Origin: Acidobacteriaceae bacterium
GTDB lineage: Bacteria > Acidobacteriota > Terriglobia > Terriglobales > Acidobacteriaceae
Direction of reading: 5' to 3'
Assembly (NCBI GenBank): GCA_965198645.1
Contig: OZ240670.1
Span: 1,608,984-1,672,983, forward strand
DNA length: 64,000 nt
Position 1 is the first letter of the stretch. The number at the start of each line of letters is the position of its first letter. Both the position numbers and the translations under genes were made by a program. The notes beneath the pieces are model-generated. The model made no database searches. It worked only from the letters and a program-made list of their open reading frames with translations, and was not told where the DNA came from. Shown in pieces: positions 19,827 through 30,017 of this stretch.

Positions 19827-21029
19827 TCAGAGATCGGTGCGGAAGATCGGTTCTTGCCGCCGGACGAGCAGGAGCGTCTGATCATCAAGCTGTCTCCCAT
19901 GGGCATGCACGGCGCTCAGGATCAAGGCTGCCAGCTCGTTCAGGGGGCGCTCTGCCTCTGCCAGCAGCAAGGTTTCAAGCGACTCGATGCCGAACTCTCC
20001 GGCCTGCGGCGAGCAAACCTCGAGGATGCCGTCCGTTGCCAGCATCGCCAGGTCGCCAGGCTGCATCGCGAAAGGGTGAGCAGGGAAGCCGCTGACTGGC
20101 AGCAGGGCAAGCGGGAACTGGCGCTCTTCAATTCTCGAGACCATCCGGGTTGACGCGCTCCAGAGCAGCAGCGGTGGGCTGGCCGCCATGCCGTAGAAGG
20201 AGTCGCCGTCGCGGTTGAGCCGCAGTGCGGTGAAGGTCGCGTACATGTGCGGTTCCTTGACTCCGGGTAGTACCTGGTTGAGCCGCTCCATCAGCCGGCT
20301 CAAGGTTGCACCCTGCTCGCCGGCGTTGCTGTCTAGGAGCGCCGTCCGGGCGGCTGTCTTCAGCATGCCCATCAGGATGCCTGCCTGCAGACCGTGGCCG
20401 GCGATGTCGGCCAGGTAGGCTACCGTGTCCCCGTCCAGCAGATCGACGGCATCGACCAGGTCGCCGCCTACTTGCTCGCTGGGCTTGGAGATACCGTAGA
20501 TTTCGAAGCTGGACGTGGTGCGCGAGATTGTCGGCACCAGCGTCTTCTGGATCGAGTGGGCCAGGTCGAGCTCGGTGCGCAGGCGCAGGGATTCTCTGCC
20601 GATCGTCCGAATATAGGTGACAAAGCAGCCGTAGGAGGCGAGCACCACGACCAGCGTGCCGATCGCCGCAAAGCGAACTCCTCTCTCCGGGGCAACATGG
20701 GCCTGGTGAAACGTTGCCTCAACCCACCGCGCGAGGAATCGGTTCAGAGAGTTGGCGAAGAACTGCAGCCCAGCCAGGAGCAGCACGTAGACCATCGGTA
20801 GTCGCGCCAGGACCACGACCCAGATCACCGCATTGACGCCGCTCAGGGCCGCGTTTATCAGCACGACTGCATAGGGTAAAACGCCGCCTTCCATCAGATC
20901 GACATAGAAGCCGATCACAGAAAAAAGCAGGAAGACTGCAAGGAGCAGAACCCAGAGGCGCCGCAACGGTATCTGCCGCAGGTGAGCCCAACGCTTCGGC
21001 CGCTCACCGAGCCACGCGCGCACTTTCAT
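19827..21029 (-). CDS. membrane-anchored PP2C-family (SpoIIE/RsbU-type) serine phosphatase
   Basis: The N-terminal ~130 aa are hydrophobic (4-5 TM). Then come GGDLVD, DIAGHGLQAG and ATDGILE, which are PP2C metal-binding motifs. Confidence 0.8.
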   Translation of the reverse strand: MKVRAWLGERPKRWAHLRQIPLRRLWVLLLAVFLLFSVIGFYVDLMEGGVLPYAVVLINAALSGVNAVIWVVVLARLPMVYVLLLAGLQFFANSLNRFLARWVEATFHQAHVAPERGVRFAAIGTLVVVLASYGCFVTYIRTIGRESLRLRTELDLAHSIQKTLVPTISRTTSSFEIYGISKPSEQVGGDLVDAVDLLDGDTVAYLADIAGHGLQAGILMGMLKTAARTALLDSNAGEQGATLSRLMERLNQVLPGVKEPHMYATFTALRLNRDGDSFYGMAASPPLLLWSASTRMVSRIEERQFPLALLPVSGFPAHPFAMQPGDLAMLATDGILEVCSPQAGEFGIESLETLLLAEAERPLNELAALILSAVHAHGRQLDDQTLLLVRRQEPIFRTDL

Positions 21030-21133
21030 TAGGCAGCACCATAGCAGAGCGGGTAAGGCGGCGGCGACGTTCGGGCGAGACGGATAGCCTGGAGCTCAGA
21101 TAGGGACTCGCAGCCGGCCGCTCAGCCTGCCGC

Positions 21134-22147
21134 TTAGCCGGCCAAGTCCCTGAAGGTGATGAGCTCAAAGCTCGCAAGCTCAGGCACAATCGAAGCCAGG
21201 GCCGCGCGTTCTATCTCGCGGGTGGCTTTGAGACGCGTATGCTCTGCGTCCAACGCTTGATCGTGGTAGCCCGGATGGCAGACCAGCTCCCAGACTGAGT
21301 CTCGCGGCGAGTGGGCGGCCTCGGCCTTGGCTACGCGGAGCAGGCGCGTGAGAGCCGGAAGGTCCAGGCTTCCCGTGACCAGCACCCCGATCGCACCATC
21401 GGTTGTTTTAAGCCCAGCCTGTCTCACCAACCTTGTGAACTCAGGCCGAAAGGAACCGAGCAGGCGGACTTCGGCACGCCTCAGCAGCGATGCGCTGCTG
21501 GTGGCGCGGAGGCTCCAGGCCGGCTCAAACGGGTTGCGTACGGCTGGGATCCCGCACGCAAGCGCCGCCCGAAGCAGCGGCCGGAGGACGCGCGGGAAGA
21601 TGTGGGTGTGCTTGTGAGTGTCAAGATGAGTCAGCTTTCTGCCAGAGCCACCAACCAACGCCTGCAGCAGACGGATCTGGGCGATCGCCTCCCGCTCGAT
21701 CTCGCTCTCGCGGATGCGGCCTCGCAGCAGGTCCGCGACGAAGCCGCCCAGGGTCGGACGAAAGCGCGAACGATGCTCGACAGAGCGATCGCCCGGCGAG
21801 CTGGTCCGACCACTCGAGGGAAGCGACGCCAACTCATCTGTGGTAAGTGTCGGCAGTTCGGCGTGGGGCAGGACCGAGTGCCCATCTACGAGCACGACGT
21901 GGCAGCCGATGCCCGGTTGAGAAGAACCAGCAAAGCTCAGGGGGCTAGACTTTCTGAGGTCCGGTATGCTGCTCGCGGCCGGAGGTGCCAGCCTGGCGAT
22001 GGCGTCTTTAAGAGCGGCGCCGGTGGCCATCAGTGTCGTTGAGGTGAGCGCCCCCTGCCTGCTGAGCTCAACGATGGCCTGGTTGACGCCGGTGGTGTAA
22101 GCGAAATCATCCGCGTTCAGAATGAGCCTGGGGACGCCGCTTGGCAT
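21134..22147 (-). CDS. ChbG/HpnK (YdjC) family carbohydrate deacetylase
   Basis: LILNADDFAYTTGVNQAIVEL, LDTHKHTH, VCHPGY. Confidence 0.75.
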   Translation of the reverse strand: MPSGVPRLILNADDFAYTTGVNQAIVELSRQGALTSTTLMATGAALKDAIARLAPPAASSIPDLRKSSPLSFAGSSQPGIGCHVVLVDGHSVLPHAELPTLTTDELASLPSSGRTSSPGDRSVEHRSRFRPTLGGFVADLLRGRIRESEIEREAIAQIRLLQALVGGSGRKLTHLDTHKHTHIFPRVLRPLLRAALACGIPAVRNPFEPAWSLRATSSASLLRRAEVRLLGSFRPEFTRLVRQAGLKTTDGAIGVLVTGSLDLPALTRLLRVAKAEAAHSPRDSVWELVCHPGYHDQALDAEHTRLKATREIERAALASIVPELASFELITFRDLAG

Positions 22148-22414
22148 AAGTAGGCCGAGTGTAGCAACAAGGCAGGCCTTTTGCCGGCGTCTCCCAGGCG
22201 TTAATGCCTCTCACCACAACCATGAGGTCGGGTGAGGAAGCGTTTGAGACGAAGGTCTTTGAAGGCACCTGCGATCGCCCTGGTCTTTCTAGCCCGGGTA
22301 GCTAGACGAAGATGACACTGCGGTGACTCTGCGAGAGAAGCCGCGTGCAACTCCTGCTAAGATCGCGAGGGTGCGATCCTAGGTTTACGACCTCGATCCA
22401 CCAGAGCCAAGAGC

Positions 22415-22491
<77 letters not shown>

Positions 22492-23670
22492 GGAACCTGC
22501 CTGGTTCCTCGCGTGCCGGTGGCAAGTGCTGTCGCGCCAGGACCTTACCCGGGAGCTGCTTCCGGGTAGCTGCCCTTTATGTTGCAGGCAGGTGCGCTTC
22601 AAGCGGAGTGCAACCGAACCAGTATGCCGTCGTGATGGAACCGCTCCCGGCCCCCGCCCTGAGTGTCAGCAGCCTTTTGCTGAAGCCAACCTGCGCGTCT
22701 GTGTCCCTCCTTGAGGCAGATGAGTCGCTTGCCGCACCGCGAGGTTGATTTGCGCTGATGGACGACAAAGCAGCGCGACTCCAGAAGCTTCCAACCGAGC
22801 CCCGCCCGCGTTTCAGCGAGTTTCCCGGCAAGCAGCAGACTAAACCGGAGCAGGCTCTTGCAAGGGTCCGGTTCGGGGACGGCTTTCGAGGGCACACAGG
22901 GTGCTTCGCTGGTACATGCTGCGGAAAGCAAGGAGTCCGGTTTCAGCAAGCCGCTGTGCAGAAAGGCCGAGCAATCGTGCGCCAAAGTAGGCAACCTTTC
23001 GTCACCATAACTCGTTTTGAGAGCGGGATAGGGTTTGACCACCCCTGGCATCTTGGCTACACTCAGGTTGAGTTGAAGGCTGATCAACGTCACCCGGTAA
23101 GAGAAAGATTGACTGCGAAGAATATCTCGTAGTGGGAGCGCGTAGAGAGAGTGCGACTTTGCGAGCGACGACAAAGTCCACGTGCCGGAAAGCGGCACCC
23201 TAAAGTAATCGGGAGCCCTGCCGATACAGCAAAAGAGGATGCATGGCAAAGGGTTGACGCATGCATCAGAGTGCTCTCGAAAGGTGGCAGACTGTCCTTT
23301 TCTTCAGCAATGCTACGGGTCCGCACGCAGGATTCACTCTGGCGCAAGTCGATTCTAGACTCCTGGAGTTCGTCTCCTCATCACGCCTCCAGGTCTTGTC
23401 TGCCAGGTTAACAAATTACCTGAGCGGCCGTGTGGCTCCGAGAACCCCACCACTAGCGGGATGGAACGCTACACCGCTGCCATGGGAAGTGGGGACATCT
23501 AGACCCAGCAGCGCGGTAAGCCGGCGTACCAGATCCTCAGAGTGGCTGCCGGCATCGGTGACCAGAAGCACCGGCAATGTTTGTTTTCGCAAGTGTGACA
23601 GTGACGATCCTCATGATGCGACGCCGCCAGCAGCGAGCCGGGCGCAATGACTCTCAAGGAGCCTAATAGG

Positions 23671-25926
23671 ATGGAAGTGCCCGCAATGAACCCGCAACGC
23701 CAGCATGGAGGTGCGGCCACGCTCTCGCAGGACCAGGCCGTGATCGCGCCGAGCGACGTGCGCAAGGTTCTGATGAAGCGCAAGTGGATCATCCTGATGG
23801 GAGTCGTCATCGGGCTGGCCTTCGCTCTGCTCTACATCCTGACCACCATTCCTCAGTATGAAGCCGTCGCATTGATCGACGTGAACGAGGACAAGACAAA
23901 CAATATCGGCATCACCGACCTGGTGCAGGAGCAGGCCAGTGGACTGGAAGCCGGGCTGGTCCGCGTAGCGACCGAGATCAAGATCATGCAGAGCGATACC
24001 GTGTCGCTCGACGTGATCAATGCGCTCGATCTCTACCACAAGGCGCCCTTCTCACAGATCTTCCGCGGCCATCCTTATAACGGCAAGCTCAGCGCCGGCG
24101 AGCGCGAGATGCTGCTCGCAGGATTCAAGGGATCAACCAAGATTCTGCTCTCGAGCGGTACGGATTTGGTCGAGGTGCGATTTCGCAATCAGGATCCGGT
24201 CGTTGCGGCAAACGTTGCCAACTCAATTGTCGACTGTTACATCGATCGCACCCTGCGGGTGCGGTACGAAGGTTCAACGCGCATCTCGGGCTGGCTGGCC
24301 AAGCAGCTTGACCAATTGAAGGGCCAAGTCGAGAGCAGCCAGGACCAGCTCTCGCGCTACCAGCGGGAGAACAACCTACTGGGTTCGGTGGGCGATGGCG
24401 GCGGCGATGACCTGACCATTGAAAATCTGCGCATTGCCAACCAGCAACTCTCCGAAGCGCAGGCCGACCGGGTGGTGAAGGAGGCGCGCTACAAGATGGC
24501 GCAGACCCGCAACCCGGAGCTGCTGCTCTCGGTCGCCCCGAGCACGACGCTCTCGCAGCTGCGCCAGCAGCAGGCGGCGTTGCTGGTCCAATCGGCTCAG
24601 CTTCAGTCTAAGTATGGCCCCGACTGGCCGAGGGTCCGCGAGGTGCAATCCTCACTCGCGCAAGTCCAGCGGGATATTGACGTCGAGATCACCAACCTGA
24701 CCCGGCGTTTTGAGGTCGAATACACCACCGCACTCAGCACCGAATCGCTGATGAAGGGTCGTCTCGAGGCAGCCAAGCAGGCCGCCTTTGAGCAGAACCG
24801 CTCCGCCGCCCAGTACCAGATCCTCAAGCACGGCGCCGAATCTGCGTCTGACCTCTACGACGCGCTGCAGACCCGGCTCAAAGAGGCCGGCATCACCGCC
24901 GGTCTCAGCACCAACACCATCGACGTCGTCGACCGGGCAACCGTGCCGGCCCGTCCTGTCTATCCAGTCAAGAGAAATGACGCCGCGATCGGCTTGGCCG
25001 CCGGCCTGCTGCTCGGTATCATCCTCGCGCTCTTCGCGGAGACCATCGACGATACGGTTCGGACCTCGGATGACGCGGAGACCATCGTCGGGCTCCCGGC
25101 TCTGGCTGTGATCCCGCACTTCGAGCCTGCGGCCAAGAAGCCGGCTGCAGTAGCCGGCACTCCAGCCGCAGAGGCGGAGCGGGACCGGATGGCTCGCGTC
25201 TCACCCGATCTGATCTCCTATACCGAGCCGCAATCCTATGTGTCGGAGGGCTTCCGGACGCTGCGCTCCTCGATCATGCTCTCGGCTGTCGATCGGGATC
25301 CGAAGCTCATCCTGCTGACCTCAAGCTTTGCGACCGAAGGCAAGAGCACCTGCGCGGCCAACCTGGCCATCTCCTTCGCGCGTCGCTCGGCCAGGGTGTT
25401 GCTGGTCGACACCGATCTGCGCAAGGGAACCATGCACATGAAGTTCCGCACCTCCAATCGCTTCGGGCTCTCGACCCTGCTCTCGCGCGAGATCGAGGGA
25501 GACGCCTACGAGCATCCTCTGCCTGACCTGCCTAACCTGACCCTCGTCACCCGGGGGCCGATAGCAGTCAATCCGGGCGAGATGCTCGCCTCGCGAAGCA
25601 TGGAAGAGCTGCTGCAGCGCTGGCGGGCCGAGTACGACCACGTCATTCTCGATTCCTCCCCGGTGCTCGCCGTTGCCGACACCCTCAGCATTGCGCCTCT
25701 TGTGGACGCGAGCCTGATCCTGGTCCGGTCTGGAGTTACGAGAAAGAAAGCCCTGCTGCGTACCAGGGAGCAGATGCGCCGAGTCAATGCTCGGGTGCAG
25801 GGCATCATCGTCAACGACGTCGATCTGCGACTGGAAAACTACTACACCTACTCCAAGCGCTACAACTACACCTACAAATCGACCTATGGCGCAGGCTACG
25901 GCGGAGGCATGGATGCTGAACAGTAA
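23671..25926 (+). CDS. polysaccharide co-polymerase / tyrosine autokinase (Wzc/GumC/EpsG-like, PCP-2a)
   Basis: N-terminal Wzz-like domain with a long coiled coil. The C-terminal CpsD/CapB kinase has TSSFATEGKSTCAANLA and LLVDTDLRKG. The Tyr-rich tail reads YYTYSKRYNYTYKSTYGAGYGG. AAGGAG lies 9 nt before the ATG at 23671; the ORF opens at 23647. Confidence 0.9.
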   Translation: MEVPAMNPQRQHGGAATLSQDQAVIAPSDVRKVLMKRKWIILMGVVIGLAFALLYILTTIPQYEAVALIDVNEDKTNNIGITDLVQEQASGLEAGLVRVATEIKIMQSDTVSLDVINALDLYHKAPFSQIFRGHPYNGKLSAGEREMLLAGFKGSTKILLSSGTDLVEVRFRNQDPVVAANVANSIVDCYIDRTLRVRYEGSTRISGWLAKQLDQLKGQVESSQDQLSRYQRENNLLGSVGDGGGDDLTIENLRIANQQLSEAQADRVVKEARYKMAQTRNPELLLSVAPSTTLSQLRQQQAALLVQSAQLQSKYGPDWPRVREVQSSLAQVQRDIDVEITNLTRRFEVEYTTALSTESLMKGRLEAAKQAAFEQNRSAAQYQILKHGAESASDLYDALQTRLKEAGITAGLSTNTIDVVDRATVPARPVYPVKRNDAAIGLAAGLLLGIILALFAETIDDTVRTSDDAETIVGLPALAVIPHFEPAAKKPAAVAGTPAAEAERDRMARVSPDLISYTEPQSYVSEGFRTLRSSIMLSAVDRDPKLILLTSSFATEGKSTCAANLAISFARRSARVLLVDTDLRKGTMHMKFRTSNRFGLSTLLSREIEGDAYEHPLPDLPNLTLVTRGPIAVNPGEMLASRSMEELLQRWRAEYDHVILDSSPVLAVADTLSIAPLVDASLILVRSGVTRKKALLRTREQMRRVNARVQGIIVNDVDLRLENYYTYSKRYNYTYKSTYGAGYGGGMDAEQ

Positions 25927-26968
25927 GCGCGCACACTCTCTGCTAGCCGCGCTGCTCGCCTCGGCTGCGCTGGTTACGCAGACCACACAAGCGCAACAGA
26001 GCGGCCAGCCAGCCTCCTCGACGCCGAATGCGCCGGTGACCGCGCCCCTGTCTGCTCCTGCAAGCACGGATTCCGGCTTGGCCTCTGGCGCTCAGGCCGC
26101 CCCTGTGGCTCCCGGCACACAAGCCATGGTGCCAGCCGAAGGCAATGCCCCGCTGATCCAGATCGGAGCCGGCGATCTGCTCAACGTGATTGTCTTTGAA
26201 ACCCCCGAGCTGAGTGCCTCGGTGCGCGTCAACCAGGATGGGGACGCGAACCTGCCGGTGCTGGGACGGGTGCACGTGGCCGGGCTGAGCGCTAATGATG
26301 CCTCCCGAGTGATCGAGCAGGCCTACAAGTCACACGGCCTGCTCATTGATCCGCACGTCTCGGTCTTTGTCTCCGAGTATGCCTCCCAGGGTGCATCGAT
26401 TCTTGGTGAGGTGCGTTCGCCGGGGGTCTATCCGACGCTCGGCTCGCGCCGCCTGATGGACATGCTCTCGCTCGCCGGGGGCGTTGCGCCGACGGCCGGC
26501 AAGGTCGCCTCCATCATCCACCAGGGCGATCCCAGCCACCCTGTGCAGATCGCCCTTCAGCCGACGCCTGCCTCCATGCATGCTCAGGTCAACCCGGTCA
26601 TTCAGCCGGGGGACACGATCGTGGTGGCCAAGTCAGGGGTCGTCTACGTGATTGGCGATGTGCTCCGGCCAGGCGGCATCCTGGTCGATAACAATGAGCG
26701 TCTATCGGTGATCGAGGCCCTCTCGCTCGCCGGCGGGATGAACAAGACCGCTGCGCTGAGCAAGACCAGGATCATCCGCAAACTGCCGACCGGCCGCGAG
26801 GAGGTCGATCTCGATCTTAAGCACATCCTCTACGGCAAGCAGGCCGACGTGCTGATCTCCGATGGCGACATTCTTTTCGTGCCTTCAAGTGTCGGTAAAA
26901 CCTTCCTCTACCGCGGCATCGAAGCAGCGATCGGCTTATCCACCAGCTACGCGCTCTTCGTTCACTAG
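25913..26968 (+). CDS. outer-membrane polysaccharide export protein (Wza-like OPX: Poly_export plus SLBB)
   Basis: Signal peptide MLNSKRAHSLLAALLASAALVTQTTQA, then GAGDLLNVIVFETPELS...VNQDGDANLPVLGRVHVAGLS and an SLBB-like GDTIVV. It overlaps the wzc-like 3' end by 14 nt. Confidence 0.85.
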   Translation: MLNSKRAHSLLAALLASAALVTQTTQAQQSGQPASSTPNAPVTAPLSAPASTDSGLASGAQAAPVAPGTQAMVPAEGNAPLIQIGAGDLLNVIVFETPELSASVRVNQDGDANLPVLGRVHVAGLSANDASRVIEQAYKSHGLLIDPHVSVFVSEYASQGASILGEVRSPGVYPTLGSRRLMDMLSLAGGVAPTAGKVASIIHQGDPSHPVQIALQPTPASMHAQVNPVIQPGDTIVVAKSGVVYVIGDVLRPGGILVDNNERLSVIEALSLAGGMNKTAALSKTRIIRKLPTGREEVDLDLKHILYGKQADVLISDGDILFVPSSVGKTFLYRGIEAAIGLSTSYALFVH

Positions 26969-26988
26969 CCGGAGACCGGGGACCCAGG

Positions 26989-28470
26989 ATGAGCAGCGCT
27001 GCGATCTACCAGGAGGGTCTGCCGACACTCACGACCACCAAGCCGAGGCGCTTGGGGAGCGAGATCGCCGCACCGCGTAACCTTTACGGGCTCTACCTTC
27101 CTCTGATCATGGTGGCGACCACCCTGCTATGTTGGCTGGTCGAGACCGATTTCGTGCTTCTGGTAGGCTCGTTGGTCCTGGCGGCTGTCGCAGTTTACCT
27201 GTTCTACGGCCTTCTGGCGCAGCAGAAACCGGTGCGCATCACAACCCTGCTGGTGGCGACCCTGGGGCTTGGGTACGGACTGGGAACCGCCAACACCTGG
27301 TTGACGCTGGAACGTTCCGGGCAAGGTCTCGGGGAGTTCCTCCATAAAGACCCTGTGGCGCTCACCCACGCCATGGGGAGCGTTCTGCTTTCGATGGCGA
27401 TCACCCTGGCAGTGGGGGAGTTTGCGGAGAAGCCGATCTTTGGTGAGGACTTCGAGCTTCAGTTGCCTCCCCAGGCTCAGCTCTTTCTCACCATCGCGAC
27501 CGGGCTGATCGTGGTCGCCTATCTCAAGGGCGCGCTCAGCTTTCAGGGCGCCACCGTCTCTGAGACCGGCCACCTGGGGGTCTTTCCCGCATTCGCTTCC
27601 TGGCTCATCGGTGCTCTGTTTGCGATCACCTTCGTGACCGCTTGCAACACCTCGCGTCTGCAGCAGCAGTACTTTTCGCTGCTGACGCTGGTCCAATTCT
27701 TCTTCATCATCCCTTTGGGGCGCCGAGTCCTGATCTTTTCAGTCGTTCTGGCTGCTCTTGCGCTGCGTCTGGGACGCTTCCGCTTCCGATGGTCCTGGAC
27801 CAAGCGCATCCTGGTCGGGGCCGTGCTCATGGGGGTGCTTTATGCCGCAACGATCGGATTCTTCTATCTTCGCCTGGCCGGTTTTGCCAGTGGCAAGAAG
27901 CACCTGAGCCTGGGCGATCGCATCTCGCTCGCCTACACCTACTTTCAGAACAAGGATTTCGCAGAGGTGCAGGAATCCTTTTCAAAGAACGTGCAGGGGC
28001 GCAGCTTTGTGCTCGGCTACCTCTCCGAACTCGAAACCTACTCGACCCACTACACCCCCGGCTACGGTCGTGATCTGGAAGGACAGTTCCAGGTAGCGCT
28101 GCCCTCGGTGCTCTTTCCGGCCAAGTCGTTTCCCGGCGAGGAGGCGCTTGACGACGAGTTATTCGGCAGCACCTATCTCGACGAGGCGAACTCGATGCTG
28201 ACCGGCGGAGCTACCGACTTCGGGCTCCTCGGCATCCTGGCCTACCCGCTGCTGTTTGCGTTTATGCTTCGTCTCTTTATCGAGTTTATCGGCGAAAGCC
28301 TGCCTACCTTCGTGGCTGTCTTCATCATCTTCGCCATGTTCAGCAGTCTGCTCGAGCCGGAGAATGCAATGACCGATTACTTCATCATCATGCGCAATGG
28401 GCTCTTGTTTGGCACGGTCGTCTGGTTCTTCATCGCCCTACCGGTCTTTCGGCTGCGGAGCGCGCAATGA
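26989..28470 (+). CDS. multi-pass membrane protein, putative polysaccharide polymerase (Wzy/O-antigen-ligase-like)
   Basis: 493 aa with about 10 or more hydrophobic segments and one large loop. It sits directly after the exporter genes. The family assignment is positional and architectural only. Confidence 0.45.
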   Translation: MSSAAIYQEGLPTLTTTKPRRLGSEIAAPRNLYGLYLPLIMVATTLLCWLVETDFVLLVGSLVLAAVAVYLFYGLLAQQKPVRITTLLVATLGLGYGLGTANTWLTLERSGQGLGEFLHKDPVALTHAMGSVLLSMAITLAVGEFAEKPIFGEDFELQLPPQAQLFLTIATGLIVVAYLKGALSFQGATVSETGHLGVFPAFASWLIGALFAITFVTACNTSRLQQQYFSLLTLVQFFFIIPLGRRVLIFSVVLAALALRLGRFRFRWSWTKRILVGAVLMGVLYAATIGFFYLRLAGFASGKKHLSLGDRISLAYTYFQNKDFAEVQESFSKNVQGRSFVLGYLSELETYSTHYTPGYGRDLEGQFQVALPSVLFPAKSFPGEEALDDELFGSTYLDEANSMLTGGATDFGLLGILAYPLLFAFMLRLFIEFIGESLPTFVAVFIIFAMFSSLLEPENAMTDYFIIMRNGLLFGTVVWFFIALPVFRLRSAQ

Positions 28471-29744
28471 TGCGGCCCGGTTCGGGCTCAACCCTCACGC
28501 GCTGGTTGGCTGGCTCTGCTATGGTCTGCGGCCTTCTCGCCTCCTCCGCGGGCACGCTCGATGCCCAGGAGATCTCTGCACCCCTGAGCGGGGGACTTTC
28601 GGACCCCGTGAGCGGCTCGATCTACACCGAGAACAGCCAGTACGGCCCTTCCACCTCGATCGTCGTCGGGGCGAATAACCTGGGGACGCCGTACCTGCAC
28701 ATCGGCATCTCTGATCCGTTGGAATATCTGCTGGAAAGTGGGGACATGACGCCATTGCCAGCCGGAGGTCAGATGGTAGGCGGCTATGCGGATACCGGTG
28801 TGCTCTCAGAGGTGCCGAATGACTCTACTGTCGCAGAGCGTTTCAGCGAGTATCAGGCCAACTTCGGTCGCATGAGCGGAGCCGGCGCTCGCAGCATGGC
28901 GGCTGCTCACGCCCAGGCTGCCAGCTCAGGCCCAGGTCGAAGCTCCATGATCGCTGGCGGATCGGGCGGTTTTTCCGGGGGCGGCTCAGCGCGCCTGTCT
29001 GCTCTGGCTCCCTTTGCAGCCGGGAGCAATGGGCTGGCGAACAGCCGCGACCTGAGCGTGCTGGGGGGCCAGGCTGTGAGTGCGGGCGCCGCGCCGGCCG
29101 ACATACCGGGCTTGTCTGTGCCCGCCATGGAGAGCGAGGGCGCCGCTCCAGGGAGTGTGGGTGGCTCCGGAGTCTCCTCCGATGGCGCAGCTTCAGGATC
29201 GATCTCCTCCGGTGCCGCCCTGCAGTCTGCCGGCTCCGCCGGGGCAGGCCTGCTCGTCGGACCGGCAACGCAAAATCCGCTCGGGCAGCAGCCCGGCAGT
29301 ATCTTCCCGGATCTCTCCTCGTCCAGCTCTGCCGGCTCCGGGTTCCCGGACTCCACAATGGGAACAGCCGGCCTGGCATCTGACTCCCAGCTCTCTCTTC
29401 CCTCGCCTCTGCTCTCCGGAAAGTTCAGCGGAGTGCTGAGTCCCTTCCGTTCTATCAGTGGCGAGGAGACGCGCTACCTGAATCCAAGCCTGTCGGCTCC
29501 GCCGCCGGCAGCCGGGGCTTCTGCCGCGCCAGGAGCTTCAGACGATTCGGGGGCCGGAGCAGGGATGTCGATGAGTGAGCTGCGGCGCAAGGCAAGGCTG
29601 AAGGCGATGGTCGATCATCCCAATGACCCACTTCCGTCACCCTTTCAGCAGCGTGAGATTGAGAAGGATTACTTAAGACAGACTCGCAATGGTGGGCGCG
29701 CACGTCGTGTGCCAAGCGTGATTGTGCCTTCGGTGACCCACTAG
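28467..29744 (+). CDS. secreted Ser/Gly/Ala-rich low-complexity protein of unknown function
   Basis: ATGA overlap with the preceding gene. The signal peptide ends ...LLASSAGTLDA/QE. The central part is long S/G/A-rich sequence and the C-terminal ~60 aa are basic. Confidence 0.55.
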   Translation: MMRPGSGSTLTRWLAGSAMVCGLLASSAGTLDAQEISAPLSGGLSDPVSGSIYTENSQYGPSTSIVVGANNLGTPYLHIGISDPLEYLLESGDMTPLPAGGQMVGGYADTGVLSEVPNDSTVAERFSEYQANFGRMSGAGARSMAAAHAQAASSGPGRSSMIAGGSGGFSGGGSARLSALAPFAAGSNGLANSRDLSVLGGQAVSAGAAPADIPGLSVPAMESEGAAPGSVGGSGVSSDGAASGSISSGAALQSAGSAGAGLLVGPATQNPLGQQPGSIFPDLSSSSSAGSGFPDSTMGTAGLASDSQLSLPSPLLSGKFSGVLSPFRSISGEETRYLNPSLSAPPPAAGASAAPGASDDSGAGAGMSMSELRRKARLKAMVDHPNDPLPSPFQQREIEKDYLRQTRNGGRARRVPSVIVPSVTH

Positions 29745-30017
29745 AGTGCTTTCTTCTTCCCTGCGGGGGAGTCGAGTGGGTCTGGTGGCTTGCCGGGATG
29801 GCGCTCGGCTGAAAGGGACGCGCCGTGAAGGAAGTCTTGGGGGTTTGGGCACCAGGAAAACTGCTCCCGGTTGGCGCACCGGACAGCCTCACTTGGCAGA
29901 GCCCGCCAGCGGCGTTTTGAGGCTCCGGTGATTACCGCGCGCGGCGGCGGCGGTAATCACGGCGACCGTCTGAGATGGGATTCTAGGATAGATGGAAGGA
30001 TTCTGAGGAGAGAAGAT

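Noticed and set aside
22492-23646. Integrase or IS remnant and att repeat next to tRNA-Val. This includes the 216-aa ORF at 22599..23249 (-).
   Set aside because: No tyrosine-recombinase or DDE motifs are recognisable in any frame. No copy of the tRNA 3' end turned up on visual scanning. The ORF translations look non-coding. The region is kept only as an unexplained stretch in the findings.
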